A stretch of 62,637 nt of DNA, filler included, from Sphacelaria rigidula (Eukaryota), in assembly GCA_964200075.2 (NCBI GenBank). It is 11 parts of 11 records of this genome, joined end to end, with 100 filler letters (N's around TTAATTAATTAA, not from the genome) between each part and the next. Parts side by side here need not be neighbours in the genome. Positions count along the whole stretch, not along the records: positions 45,629 to 51,231 come from CAXNAA020025951.1; positions 51,332 to 56,934 come from CAXNAA020025952.1; positions 57,035 to 62,637 come from CAXNAA020025953.1; 8 more parts are not named here. One strand, 5' to 3'. Under the pieces are notes generated by a model that was not told the origin of the DNA, searched no databases, and was given only the letters and a program-made list of their open reading frames with translations. Shown here one piece after another: positions 45,822-57,131 of the stretch. How positions within the stretch are numbered: the stretch's first letter is position 1; each line of letters begins with the position of its first letter. Both the position numbers and the translations under genes were made by a program.

Positions 45822-46505
45822 CAGTTACGCTGTACAACTCACCTGGCCAGAATGTACATTGCTGAGTTATGCTGTATAACTCACCTGGCTAGAACGTGTA
45901 CCGCTGAGTTGTAGAGTATAACTCACCCTGCCAGAATATGCACCGCCGAGTTATGCTGTATAACTCACCTGGCTAGAATGTGTACCGCTGAGTTGAATAT
46001 TATAACTCACCCTGCCAGAATATGCACCGCCGAGTTATGCTGTATAACTCACTTGACCAAGATATGCATCGATGAGTTATCTTCTATAACTCACCCTGCC
46101 AGAATGTGCACCGCCGAGTTATACTGTATAACTCACTTGACCAAGATATGCATCGATGAGTTATCTTCTATAACTCACCCGGCCAAAATGTACACCGCCG
46201 GGTTATATTGTACAACTCACTTGACCAAGATATGCATCGATTAGTTATCTTCTATAACTCACCCGGCCAGAATGTGCACCGGCGGGTTATACTGTACAAC
46301 TCACTTGGCCAAGATATGCATCGATGAGTTCTAGTTTATAACTCACCCGGCGAGATTTTGCATCACTGAATTTTAGTTTATAACTCACCCTGACGGAATG
46401 TGCACAATGTGCACCGCTGAGTTTTGATTTATACCTCACCTGGTCAGATTTTGCATCACTGAGTTATGCTGTATATTTCACCCGGGCAGAATGGGCACCG
46501 CTGAG
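45822..46505. repeat. Minisatellite of 16 x 42-bp units, each with palindromic GAGTT-N9-AACTC
   Basis: Units start every 42 bp from 45822 to 46368, then at 46419 (after a 9-bp duplication) and 46461. The middle has an alternating 84-bp dimer structure. Confidence 0.95.
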
Positions 46506-47837
46506 CAGGGATGTATATCGGACCGAGAATAAAGTTCGATACGATATTTTTTACACCCTGGACAATAGATTGGGATGTGAGGCACGTGATAGTACAACTT
46601 ATTTGGCTGTGTTCGCTGGGGTTGATGTGTGCTGTTGTCCTTTTTATTTGCTGTTTGCTGTGATTGGTGACTGTTCTCGTGAGTAACTGATGTGGGTGTG
46701 GTTATTGTAGTGAGTAGCTGCTGTTGTACGGAGATGCATGTGATTGCTGTAGTCGAAGTTGTACGGCAGGGGTCTTGTGGCCTTAGTCTTGGGAGCAGTA
46801 CCCAATATCCAGTACGCAGTACACTTTTTGACTGTGTATTCCATTGTCCAGGGTATGATATTTTTACAATATCGACCCACAACCGGCGATACCGATATTT
46901 TTGTGGACATTCCGAAAATGACACGATACGTATCGAGTTTCGATATTCAATACGATACGGCTGTTTCGGTATGGTCGCAGTGTACAAGAACGAGCGGTAC
47001 ACCGGCACACTGGCCCTCTCACTTACTCTTATTGTAGGTTACATAGGATACCACTACCCCTATTAATAGACATATTTTCGAAGCTCATTTTACTCATCAC
47101 CAGAAACGATCCCGGGGCTGAACTGGGTGGCGTTGCAACCATCTCGTCGAGAGCTCCCCAAAACGCGTCCTTTGATGTCGGCACCCTCTTCGTTGTGGAG
47201 TAATCGAGCTTTGAAAATCGCTCCTGAGGGTGTGGTATCTCATGCAAGCTACTACGGTAGTTTACAGTTTATAGCAGTGGACACAGGATGTAGACAGCAG
47301 CGGTTTAGTGTGCAATTTGACATCATAGCAGCGGCAGCATGCGGTGATGCAGCTATGTAACGATTTTTTTTCGTCATCGTGCAAGGGGTAGTTTCATCAC
47401 AGCGGGCCGGGTGTGCTATTGGTTATACGAATTTGAACGTCCATTAGTCTGTGTGTTTCGATCGAATGAGGGCATGCCTCGACTCTGCGCACTCATTAAA
47501 AAAAAAAACGCGCCAAACGTCGAACATGCGCGAACTCGAATGCGCGTTTTTTTCACCCTTTTCACGACCAATAACATAAAACGCCAGCAGCATACGTCGA
47601 ATTTTAATTCTTGGATGCCAAACAAAACATTAACGCTTAGACTAAGGGTTTGTTTTATCAAGACAAAAAAAGGGTAGAACGAAAACAAGCGGCAAAAGCA
47701 GCATGTTGATTGGTCGCCGGGCGGGTCAATGGTTGGGGTGACCGATGGACATGTTACTTTTGAACGCTTGTTCCGTTTCTCGCTTCTTTTTCGAGTCTCG
47801 TCAACCCTTTTGGGACTGAAGCCCACTAACAAGGGGT

Positions 47838-48745
47838 TCACCATGTGTTAGTAAAATAATACTTCGAGTGATGAACAAATCTGGGAGCGACCTGTCTAAT
47901 CAGGGCGAGGCGAAATTTATCGACCACATCAGAACGACCAGTGTGTGTGGGGGGGGGGGCTGTCGCCGGGGGTGATGTCACTGCAAAGCTGATGTACCCT
48001 GTCCCTGGCCCACAAAAAAGCCTTCGAAGCAAAAGAAACCCCGAGTTATCGGGGCTCGGATTCCCAATTTTTCCATTATTCACTTGCATTTTATGTAGAC
48101 CCGACCTCCCATCCCCCGATTTTTTTGGGGTCACCATCCTATAGTCAACGCTAGTTGATAACACTAACACGCAGTGCTCGGGGGAAATTCGATAATAAAT
48201 GTACCCTACTATAACTGTGGTCATGTTTACAAGGCGACTGAATCTGGCAGCGCTGTGGGACGCGAGACGGAGCTACAGAGGTATGAGTTCTATGTATTCC
48301 TCTGTCGAAGCGGGACAAGCGGGGTTGAGGTATAATCGATGGCAACAAGCTTGCTGTGTATATGCAGCTGATCTCCGTCGCGGAGGACTGCCCAGAACAT
48401 ATGAGGGGGTATGCAGCGGCAGCTGCTGCTGCATTCGGAAAGGCGTGCTGCACTGTTCTGTATCTGCTGCGCAACACCCATGCCGTTTGAAGAGAATTCG
48501 CCGCTTGTAACAAGGAGGGAAATCGCGGCCCACCCCGACCACAAAGGGCTGTGTGGCTAGGTGATGGGGACAATATCCAAGGCCACAAGTGACGGGCGGC
48601 GGTTGCTACATCCTGTTGAAAGTTCTCCATCGCGACTGATACTGCTTGATACATCTGTACATTGCCTGATGCTCACGACACCCGAATTAGAGTACAGATA
48701 GTTAATACCTGCACCTGAAAATATTTTGGATGAAACCTTTGGTCT
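47838..48745 (+). repeat. Degenerate repeat duplicated at 49689-51231
   Basis: Shared blocks GGCGAGGCGAAATTTATCGACCA, GGCCCACCCCGACCACAAAGGGCTGTGTGGC and ATCCAAGGCCACAAGTG. The second copy is interrupted around 49858-50520 and ends in a 69-bp tandem duplication (51100-51231). Confidence 0.8.
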
Positions 48746-49395
48746 TCATCTAACCCTGCCGTTATATACATACGTTGGTTTTTCGCAACATGAAGCCAAT
48801 GTTTCATGCATATGCAGGACATGTCATTTCTAACCAGCCTCATTGGTCGTTCTGGAGGCCAAGTCCCAAAAGGGTCAAGATAGACCCCAAATGCCAACAA
48901 CCAAGAGAAAAAAACAAGAAGCTTACAGCAACTAGACTGTCCAGACTAATGGATGGGGGGGAAAAGAAATCCAACACTCGGCAAACATGAAAGAAAGGCG
49001 AAGCAACATTACCATCTCATACTCGGAAGAACAGCTGTTTCTCACTGTTATTTGCAGCTGTGCAGTGACAGTGAACTCACATCTACTCCGACACGTCACC
49101 CGTATGTCGCGGTCGTTAAACACCGCCGCTGAATCAATTCACCAAACCCACAAGGCACCAGCGGTTACTCTGTCGCCTCATATCCTACAAATAGATACTT
49201 CACCCATTTGCAAACCTTGCAACCGCTCTACAGCAATACTCGCAAGTGCAACTTGTAAACACTGCGGAAGCGCCAAACACACAGAAGCAACTTGGTTACT
49301 GCGGTGACTGCTCATGCGGAGAAGCGCAACCTTTCACACGTCGGACGAGTCATTACTCGTCGAAACGAGTGCACTCGTGGATGTTTTTTGAAAAC

Positions 49396-49645
49396 ACAAC
49401 GAGCATGACTCGTGTGCTCAAGTCATCACTTTTTTTTACAACGAGCAGTGACTCGTGTGCTTGAGTCATTACTTTCTTCTACAACGAGCAGTGACTCGTG
49501 TGCTCGAGTCATTACTTTTTTTTACAACGAGCAATGACTCGAGTGCTCGCCCGATTAGTTTGTTTCCACGACGAGCAATGACTTGAGTGCTCGCCCCACT
49601 AATATTCTTTCCACAACGAGTAATGAATCGAGTACTCACCCTATT
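49396..49645. repeat. Minisatellite of 6 x 42-45 bp units with palindrome TGACTCG-N6-CGAGTCA
   Basis: ACAACGAG-like starts at 49396, 49438, 49481, 49524, 49568 and 49613. Confidence 0.9.
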
Positions 49646-51331
49646 AACCCTTCTGCATGGGACCGATCCCTCACTAACACAAGGTCGACCATGTCTTAGT
49701 GAAATAATAAAAAACGAGTCAGGGAGCGACCTGCCTAATCACGGCGAGGCGAAATTTATCGACCAGACCCGAACGACCAGCGCGGGGACTGTTGCCGAGT
49801 GTGATGTCACTGCAAAGATAGTGTGGGGGTCCTATCCCTGGTCCAGATAAGCCTTCCCAGGTTTCTGAAGCCAGGATGCTCGGAGCATGGCTTATCGTAT
49901 TACGAGCTGGGCCAGGCAAGAGTACGTATGAATCTCGCTCAGGCGACGCACGGCGTGATATCAGGAGTTGGACGCTGAAATTTTGACAGCAGTTTTTCAT
50001 GATCAAAGTGCAGAAGATCACGGGTCCAGCATATAAAACAGTAAACAAATAAGAAGTTATGGACATTTGAAATTTCAGCAAAAACAAGATAATGCCGCAA
50101 GGTCAGGGAAAAAAAGAGAATCTGCAGCTGGACTCGTGAAGTATCAGTGCCTTGGGCGCAGACGGTCTTGCCTGAAATCTCAGCTCAAGACTCGTCGAAT
50201 TGGGTCGTGCGTTTAACATTTTCCGTGACGCTGCTGCACCCCTAAAAATCAAGTGATGGGAGACTCCAATTATGAAGGTAATGAGTTCGAATCCCGACAG
50301 ATTCTCTTTTTTTCTCGTCCGTCGTTGGGATCATACATTATGCAGTATATTTTTTCATTTTTTTTTCACTCAGCGGCGGTGTCGTGTGTCACCAGGTTGG
50401 TTTACACTTCACAGTGATATGCTTACATCGGGTTCATTCGGGAAACTGGGGAAGCTGTGGTGTGAGCAAGTTTTAGCAGCTTTTAAGCTGGCCCAGCTCG
50501 TACTTGCATTCAGTACGAGTATTGCGTTCCCGGGGTTCCCCGCGAGTTTTTTGGGTCGCCAGCCTATACTAAAACGTAGTAATAACACTAACACAGGATG
50601 GCGTGGGAAAAACGGGAATGAGTGTACCTGCCACAATGTGGTCATTTTCACGAGGCATTAAACTCAGGTGGGCCATGGAAAGACAAAAGGAGCTACCGTC
50701 ATGAACTCTTCTTATTCCTCTGCCGATGAACGGCAGAACACTGTAAACATGTATGTAGTGGCCGAGGATGAACAAGCTGTGTATAGGCAGCTGATCTCCT
50801 TCGCTGAGAACTGCCCAGAACGTGCAAGGGGGTATGCAGCGGCAGCTGCCGCTGGAGTCGGAGAGGCGTACCGCACTCACTGTACTGTACTGCACTGTAT
50901 GTATGTGCGCCGCAACGCTAATACCCTTCGAAGAGAACTTGTCTATTGCAACAAGGAGGGGAATGGCGGCCCACCCCGACCACAAAGGGCTGTGTGGCAC
51001 GGTGATGGGAACATTATCATTATCCAAGGCCACAAGTGGCGGGCGGCCCGCCGGTCGCCGCATCCTGTAGAAAGTTCTCTACTGCGACCCATACTGCTTG
51101 CTAGATCAGATGTACATAACCCCATGCGCACCCTGCACCTGAGAATAGATTGGATGGAACTTTCGGTCGCTACATCAGATGTACATAACCTAATGCGCAC
51201 CCTGCACCTGAGAATAGATTGGATGAAGCTTNNNNNNNNNNNNNNNNNNNNNNNNNNNNNNNNNNNNNNNNNNNNTTAATTAATTAANNNNNNNNNNNNN
51301 NNNNNNNNNNNNNNNNNNNNNNNNNNNNNNN

Positions 51332-51395
51332 ACTCATTTGTTGCTTGCCTTAGTCATTTGACCATTGACCACGCATCCCTTTTGAGACGGAGCAC
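51332..51395 (-). mobile_element. Structured dispersed element, subfamily B copy
   Basis: Reverse complement of 39759-39822 with loop AAAA, at the contig start, with a G-run nearby. Confidence 0.88.
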
Positions 51396-53497
51396 CTCAT
51401 AGGGGGGGGGGGATGAGATCGTATGCACCGTGCTTGATGGCATTTGGTCATGTGCTCTTTCTCAGTGTCTGGTGGGATACACTGTATGAACGTGGTCTTT
51501 GGTAGATACTAGGGTTGTTTGTTGGTACCAATATCGAACTGATACGATATGTTGATATCTTGTACAGTATCGTATGGGTAACTGTGGCACCGATATCGTT
51601 AGATTGCTATCACTCGCTATAACATGAGATGCATATTCGATATATACATATATATATATATATGTGTGTATTGGGCTTTATTCAAGGTATAATCACTCGA
51701 GTGTGATCGGGTTTGAGTGCCGTCGCCACGCACAAGCACTCTTCTTTTTTTTATACATCGTCGAATCCTTTCCACACACCACCCTGGTAGATACCGAGCA
51801 CTCTCGGGTACCCAGGGTATCGACTTCCGAAAATGCTTAGCATTCTGGGGTACCTGAGAAGAGTGCATCGTATTCTTAGCTCGCCACAGTTGGTTCCTGT
51901 ACTATGCTTCTTTCGATGACTGGCATATGAAATCTACACCAGCGAGAGTCCCTCATCAGCTAGGTGTGCTATCAAGGGAAATTGAAAAGCACACATCGTG
52001 TAGCTGCGAAGCATACATTCGGGATAAGTAGCGCAGGGCAGGCGCGTGCAATGGTCGTGAATAGAAACGGAGTCACAAAATGTCTCCACCGGCACACACG
52101 CACATATGAACACGAGTAGGATGCCTCCGCAATCCAAATGGTTGACACACCAGCCACCATCGTGGAACGCACGCAAAGTCAACGCGCTCTATGCGCCTTT
52201 GTTTTTTATTATCCTGATCCGCTGGTGGTCGGGGAGCGGCTTTCGCGCCGAGTGAGCCCTGACTCTTATTTTTTTTCCCCTCCCTTCAGCATTTTTTCGA
52301 TGCGAACTATGTTTTCAACGCCACTTACTTTTTGTTGTTGTTGGTGGTGGTGGTGGTGGTGCTGGTGCTGGTGGTGCTGGTGTTGCTCAGCGCAGGTGGC
52401 AACGTAGCATGCACTTGTAGAACAAAATGCGCACTCAGCCGGCGGCACAATTGACGATTTATTTTTCATGAGGCTTGAAGTGAACGGTGATAATGGCTCT
52501 TCGAAGAATTTATTCTCGGAACCTGATTTTTTTCATCCTATTAATTATTAATTGTGCTGTGACTCGGGGATCAGTCAATGTATCGCAACCAAACAACGAA
52601 ACAACCAATCAGACCGGTCATAATTCTACGTTATTATCGTATATATATATTAGAGACGTGAACCTTTTTGTCACGTCAACAAGATCGTTTGGCGCCAGCG
52701 GTAAACAGAGTGAAACCCGTTGCTGGGCTTCCAACGTCTCTTTTGATGTAATTTCCCCAACTGATGTTCTGAAGACGCTCGTGCTGTATCACTGAGCTGT
52801 CGCTTGCAATAACTGTCAACAGCTGTAACAAGGATATTCCTCTCGCGCTGTTATCCCGCTCATGTGTTCAGGGCACGCTATCCCGCCACGGCCACACCAT
52901 CTTGACGTTGCACTTCATGTTGGCATCTGGGTACATTCCGTCGATTCTAATGGTGAGCGAGAAACCTAGCTGGCACTTGTTGCACCGACTGCGAAGAAGA
53001 TAGAACTTGATACACAATTTTCTGTCACACGCGCCCGCGGTAGCAAGGATATTAGTCGGGGTATGGATAGAAGGAGAGGTAATTGTGATCATGATGGAAA
53101 GAGTGGCGATGGTTGTAACAGTAGCAGCAGCAGCAGCAGCAGCAGTGAAGGTGGTTGGCGGAGGTGTTGGTGGTGGTAGCAGTAATAGTAATAATGGGGG
53201 CGATCGACTGTCACATATGTATATGTGCGGACTGCTCTGGACCGCCCGCGTCGCAGTGGTTAATATTGACCTGTGGCCGACCTAATTATATGCTTATTAC
53301 CATTTCTCCCATCCCTTTCATTTTCCCTCTTATTCCACGAGAGTATCCAAGTGTAGCTGAGTGTATCTCTGACGATCTACTCCCCGTCTATCGCGCATAT
53401 TTCCATTGCAGCAAGTGTGATATCCTTCAATGCCCCCGCGCGCTCCTCTCCCTCCCCCATCTATGATTCTCGATTTTATAGAACACTCTTATTGGAG

Positions 53498-53823
53498 ACC
53501 CCGGTGGCTCGGTTGGTAACCTCGAAACCTTCTGACGGTTGGGTCGTGGGTTCGTATCTCGGTGCAGTCACACGATCTGAGATTTTTTCTCACACAATGT
53601 CCAACAGTGGAGAGCGACTATGCCGTGGGTACACAAAATTCGACGTCACGGCGGATGAGGGAAAGGGGGTACTGAACCCCTCTCGCGATGAACAATATGG
53701 CAAGCACCGCAGAAGGAAGGTGGAGAACAAAAATAGGAAGGAAAGAAAAAACTCCTGTGTTGGCCTCCCTCCTGTGTGACCGAACAATGTAGACTGGCAT
53801 ACAGATAAATGGGATGACAACAC
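53498..53823 (+). mobile_element. Near full-length tRNA-derived SINE with 7-bp TSD ATTGGAG
   Basis: A box TGGCTCGGTTGG (53505-53516), B box GGTTCGTATCT (53549-53559), body, GACAACAC tail. TSD at 53491-53497 and 53824-53830. Confidence 0.9.
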
Positions 53824-54417
53824 ATTGGAGGAAAAATATATTTGTTTTCTTTCGTGAAATTTCGCCATATGAGTTCCGAACTTTTGTCTCGTCCACTAAC
53901 GGTGTATGTTTTTGTACAACTGGCCGCATGGCTTGTCTACGAGGTTTTCCCTGCATGTACGCGTCTCTGTCAATCGCCGTAAACTGAGCGTCTCGGTGCT
54001 CTCGAGGCGCGGTTTACTTTGCAGCGATTGCGTCAAATCTTGCACTTTTGTTTTTCAGTTTCTTCAGCAACCGCGGTCTGATAACGACCAATTCAGCTTG
54101 TTTGACGATGGCCGTTAGCAAATATATCCAGCGTCACCATCATCAGTATGTGCAGGTCAACGTTCCATGTGCAGGTCCCCTCAAGCTATTTTACAATGTA
54201 CTAACTTTGATACGGTACAGCTCAGTTCAGTGTAGGACAGGGCAGGACAGGACAAAACAGCGCTTTACTCCTCGGCGCTACAGTCAGACGTAGCGTGAGG
54301 CTTGACGGAAGTGCAGCAGCGACGTGTGTTGGGGATACTCATCCCACAGCAAGCACCCTTTCCGCAATCACATGATACCTATCGGTACTGCCATGTGCTG
54401 CTCGCACTAGCCGGTAG

Positions 54418-54604
54418 GCAGCCAAGGTATGCTTCTCATCGAGTGGACATCTGAGCTCACAAGCAGATCCGACGTCGTTTCCCGCAAGCACTTCAACAAG
54501 AGCGGTTGTTCCAAGCCTAGTTATTGACAACCCTCACCAACAACTCAGAGATGACCGTCACGCCACCTGCTTAGTTTGCATATTGCCACCCCTGGCTGCT
54601 CGGG
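54418..54604 (+). CDS. Putative exon (AAKVCF...DDRHATCLVCILPPLAAR) of an unknown protein
   Basis: Open frame after TAG, and a G|GTTGGG donor in phase 1 that fits the next exon. The acceptor could instead be at 54467. Confidence 0.4.
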
Positions 54605-54725
54605 GTTGGGTAGTGTACTAAACGAAGGCATTGCTCTGTCACTCCGTTTTCTCGTGCTTGCCTGGTCCTTCCTTGGGCTGGTGGGCCTGTTTCTCCGTTT
54701 CCTTGTGTTTTGACCCGCTTCACAG

Positions 54726-54850
54726 AAAGGGAAGAAAACGACGGGCTCTCAGTTGAGTACGGGGATTGCGGTGTCATCTCCAATAAACCTACCTGGCATG
54801 AAATCGCAGTTCAAATAACCGTCCTCGAGGATATGAACAACCGCAGTTTC
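54726..54850 (+). CDS. Exon of an unknown protein (REENDGLSVEYGDCGVISNKPTWHEIAVQITVLEDMNNRSF)
   Basis: Pyrimidine tract + CACAG acceptor, TTC|GTAACG donor, phase 1 in / 0 out. Confidence 0.6.
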
Positions 54851-55127
54851 GTAACGTTTGTGGACGCGTTTCCTGACGCACTTTCATCCATTAACGTAGA
54901 TTTTTGATCGCTCCAGCGCGATCGTTATGGCATTTGTGCATGTGATAGGTTCGCACTACGCATGGAAAGGGAAAAAAAAAAAGAGGGCTTCAAATGACCG
55001 TGCATGCCCTGTACGACCGTTTGCCCTGCGGTTGCTCAAGTATTTAACCGTACTATCCATTTATTCCCTCTCTGCCCCCCCCCCCGCCCACATACCGGGC
55101 AACAACGGTACCGCGTGGAACAACCAG

Positions 55128-56426
55128 GATCACCATGGGAAAATGCCGCTGACTGACAAACAACAGGTCCACCGCCAGCGTTTCGTGGAAAATGGCATCG
55201 ATTATTTTTTCTTGACGGGCAAACACCTGCCAGAGGCACCGCCTGGATTCGAAACTTCCCAGCAAAAGCGGAAAAACATTGAAAATAGAGAGGGTAAGGC
55301 AAGGAGGAAGAAGAATAACAAGAAGCGAACCCTGGTGGCAATCAACATTCCAGTAGGAACGAGGAACGTCAGGAGACGGCGAAGCGATGGACAAGGTGCC
55401 GCGTCGCCGGGTAGCGCCGACGGGGACGTTAGCAGCATCAGTGATAGAGTCGCGGCCGCAGCGGCTAATTCGGCGGCGGCGAGGGCCGCGGCAGAGGTGG
55501 CGATGAGGAAGACAGAGAAGGCGTTTGAGGTGGCGATGAAGGCGGAGGTGGCGGAGGCTCGGGCGGTGTGGCAAGTGTCGTCGGTGAAGGACAAGGTTGC
55601 GAGCAAGAAGAAGCTGGAGGATCTTCTAAGGATCGAGGCGACATGGTTCTCGCGCCATATGGCGTCGTTTTCTCCGAACCAGGGGCTGATGGTGGATAGC
55701 GAGGCAGTAGCGTCTCATCACGGCGAGGCGGCGCCAGTGGGTACCGCCACTACCAGCAGCAAATACAGTTCTTCTGGCGGCACAAAGGAAGAAGAAGACG
55801 CGGCGGTGACAGCCATAGCGAATTGTCCACCGTCGTCTGCCGAAGGAAGGACGTGTGAGATGTTGTCGCCGCCGCCGCGAGGCGGACGTAGACAGGCTAT
55901 CGCCGACAGCAGCGCTGCTTCAAAAACTAGGGGTGCAATCACGGCAGTAGCATCATCATCGACATCGTTGCCGACGGTAACTACAGAGATGGAGGATGGA
56001 CACGAACAGGCAGCACGGGAGACCTCGAAGGCACCGGAAGTGATGGTACCGGGCAACGGCGACGGCAGCGGTGGAAGCAGCGATGTAAGAGAGGGTGCAG
56101 AAGAACACCGTGAGCGCAGGTCGAGGCCCGGCTCGCCGTCGTCGACTGACAAAGCTACACACGAGACGGAAAAGGGATTGAAGCAAGAGTGTGATACGCC
56201 GGATTGCGAAGGAGGAGAGCAGCAAGTATCTGAGGAGTCCCTACGCCGCTCCGGGGAGGAGGCGTGTGCGAGCTCCGGGAGCAGGGGACGGATCTACGGC
56301 TGGAACGAACTCCTCACCGTTGATCTGGTCCTGTGGTATTTTCGATACTTTGGAGCGAGGGACAAGAGTAGCGACGGTGATGATGTTGCTGGTTGTCGGG
56401 GGATGACTTTCGATCACGAACAGCAG
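55128..56426 (+). CDS. Large internal exon (433 codons) of an unknown protein with a basic NLS-like patch and long disordered linker
   Basis: Lies within ORF 54927-56447. AACCAG acceptor, CAG|GTATGT donor, phase 0/0, GC-rich coding composition. Confidence 0.85.
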
Positions 56427-57095
56427 GTATGTGTGTATAGGCTGTAATGTGTTTGATGAATGGATGTATATGAGTGTGTGCATCGAGTTGCGCGTCTCGA
56501 CGTCTGTTGACTTGTACTCTGCGTGCCTGGCAAGGCAAGCACGATGATGAAACTTTTTTTTTCGTTTTTTTTCTGTTTTTTGTGTTGCTTTTTTGGTTGT
56601 AAGTAAGTGTACCTAAAATTTTGAAGTGAGCACGACGCCTGAAAAAAAGGTTATTGTGACCGTAGGCTCGCTCGTTTTCGCTGTGTGTGTGACATGCCCA
56701 TGGCTTGTTATGTTTTGTCTTGCTGTCATCACGAGTGCTTCTGCGAATTCTTAACTTCTTCGCGCTGAAGAACGGTCAAGGTTTGGAAAAGCGTGCAGTC
56801 TCTGACATACGGCGACTGAAGGCTACATTTGTTTTCTCATCTACTATTGTATGTATCTGTTGAGATTATTATTATTATTTCCGTCACATTAGCTCGATCT
56901 CTCGAACCCGTGGTCACAGAGTGCAAGGAGCATANNNNNNNNNNNNNNNNNNNNNNNNNNNNNNNNNNNNNNNNNNNNTTAATTAATTAANNNNNNNNNN
57001 NNNNNNNNNNNNNNNNNNNNNNNNNNNNNNNNNNCTCCCACCCCCCCCCCCCCTCCCCCCCACGATTTTTGTTTTTTTTTTTTTTGGAGAGGTCT

Positions 57096-57131
<36 letters not shown>

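Noticed and set aside
45978..46244. 88-aa ORF with 14-aa repeats
   Set aside because: By-product of a 42-bp period. The same frame has TAG stops in neighbouring units.
45822..46505. CRISPR array
   Set aside because: The sequences between palindromes are homologous to one another rather than unique spacers, there are no cas genes, and the context is eukaryotic.
53498..53575. tRNA gene (also 39926-39992 and B-box fragments near 26215 and 50285)
   Set aside because: No complete cloverleaf. The A/B boxes continue into a repeated body with a tail and TSD, which makes it a SINE head.
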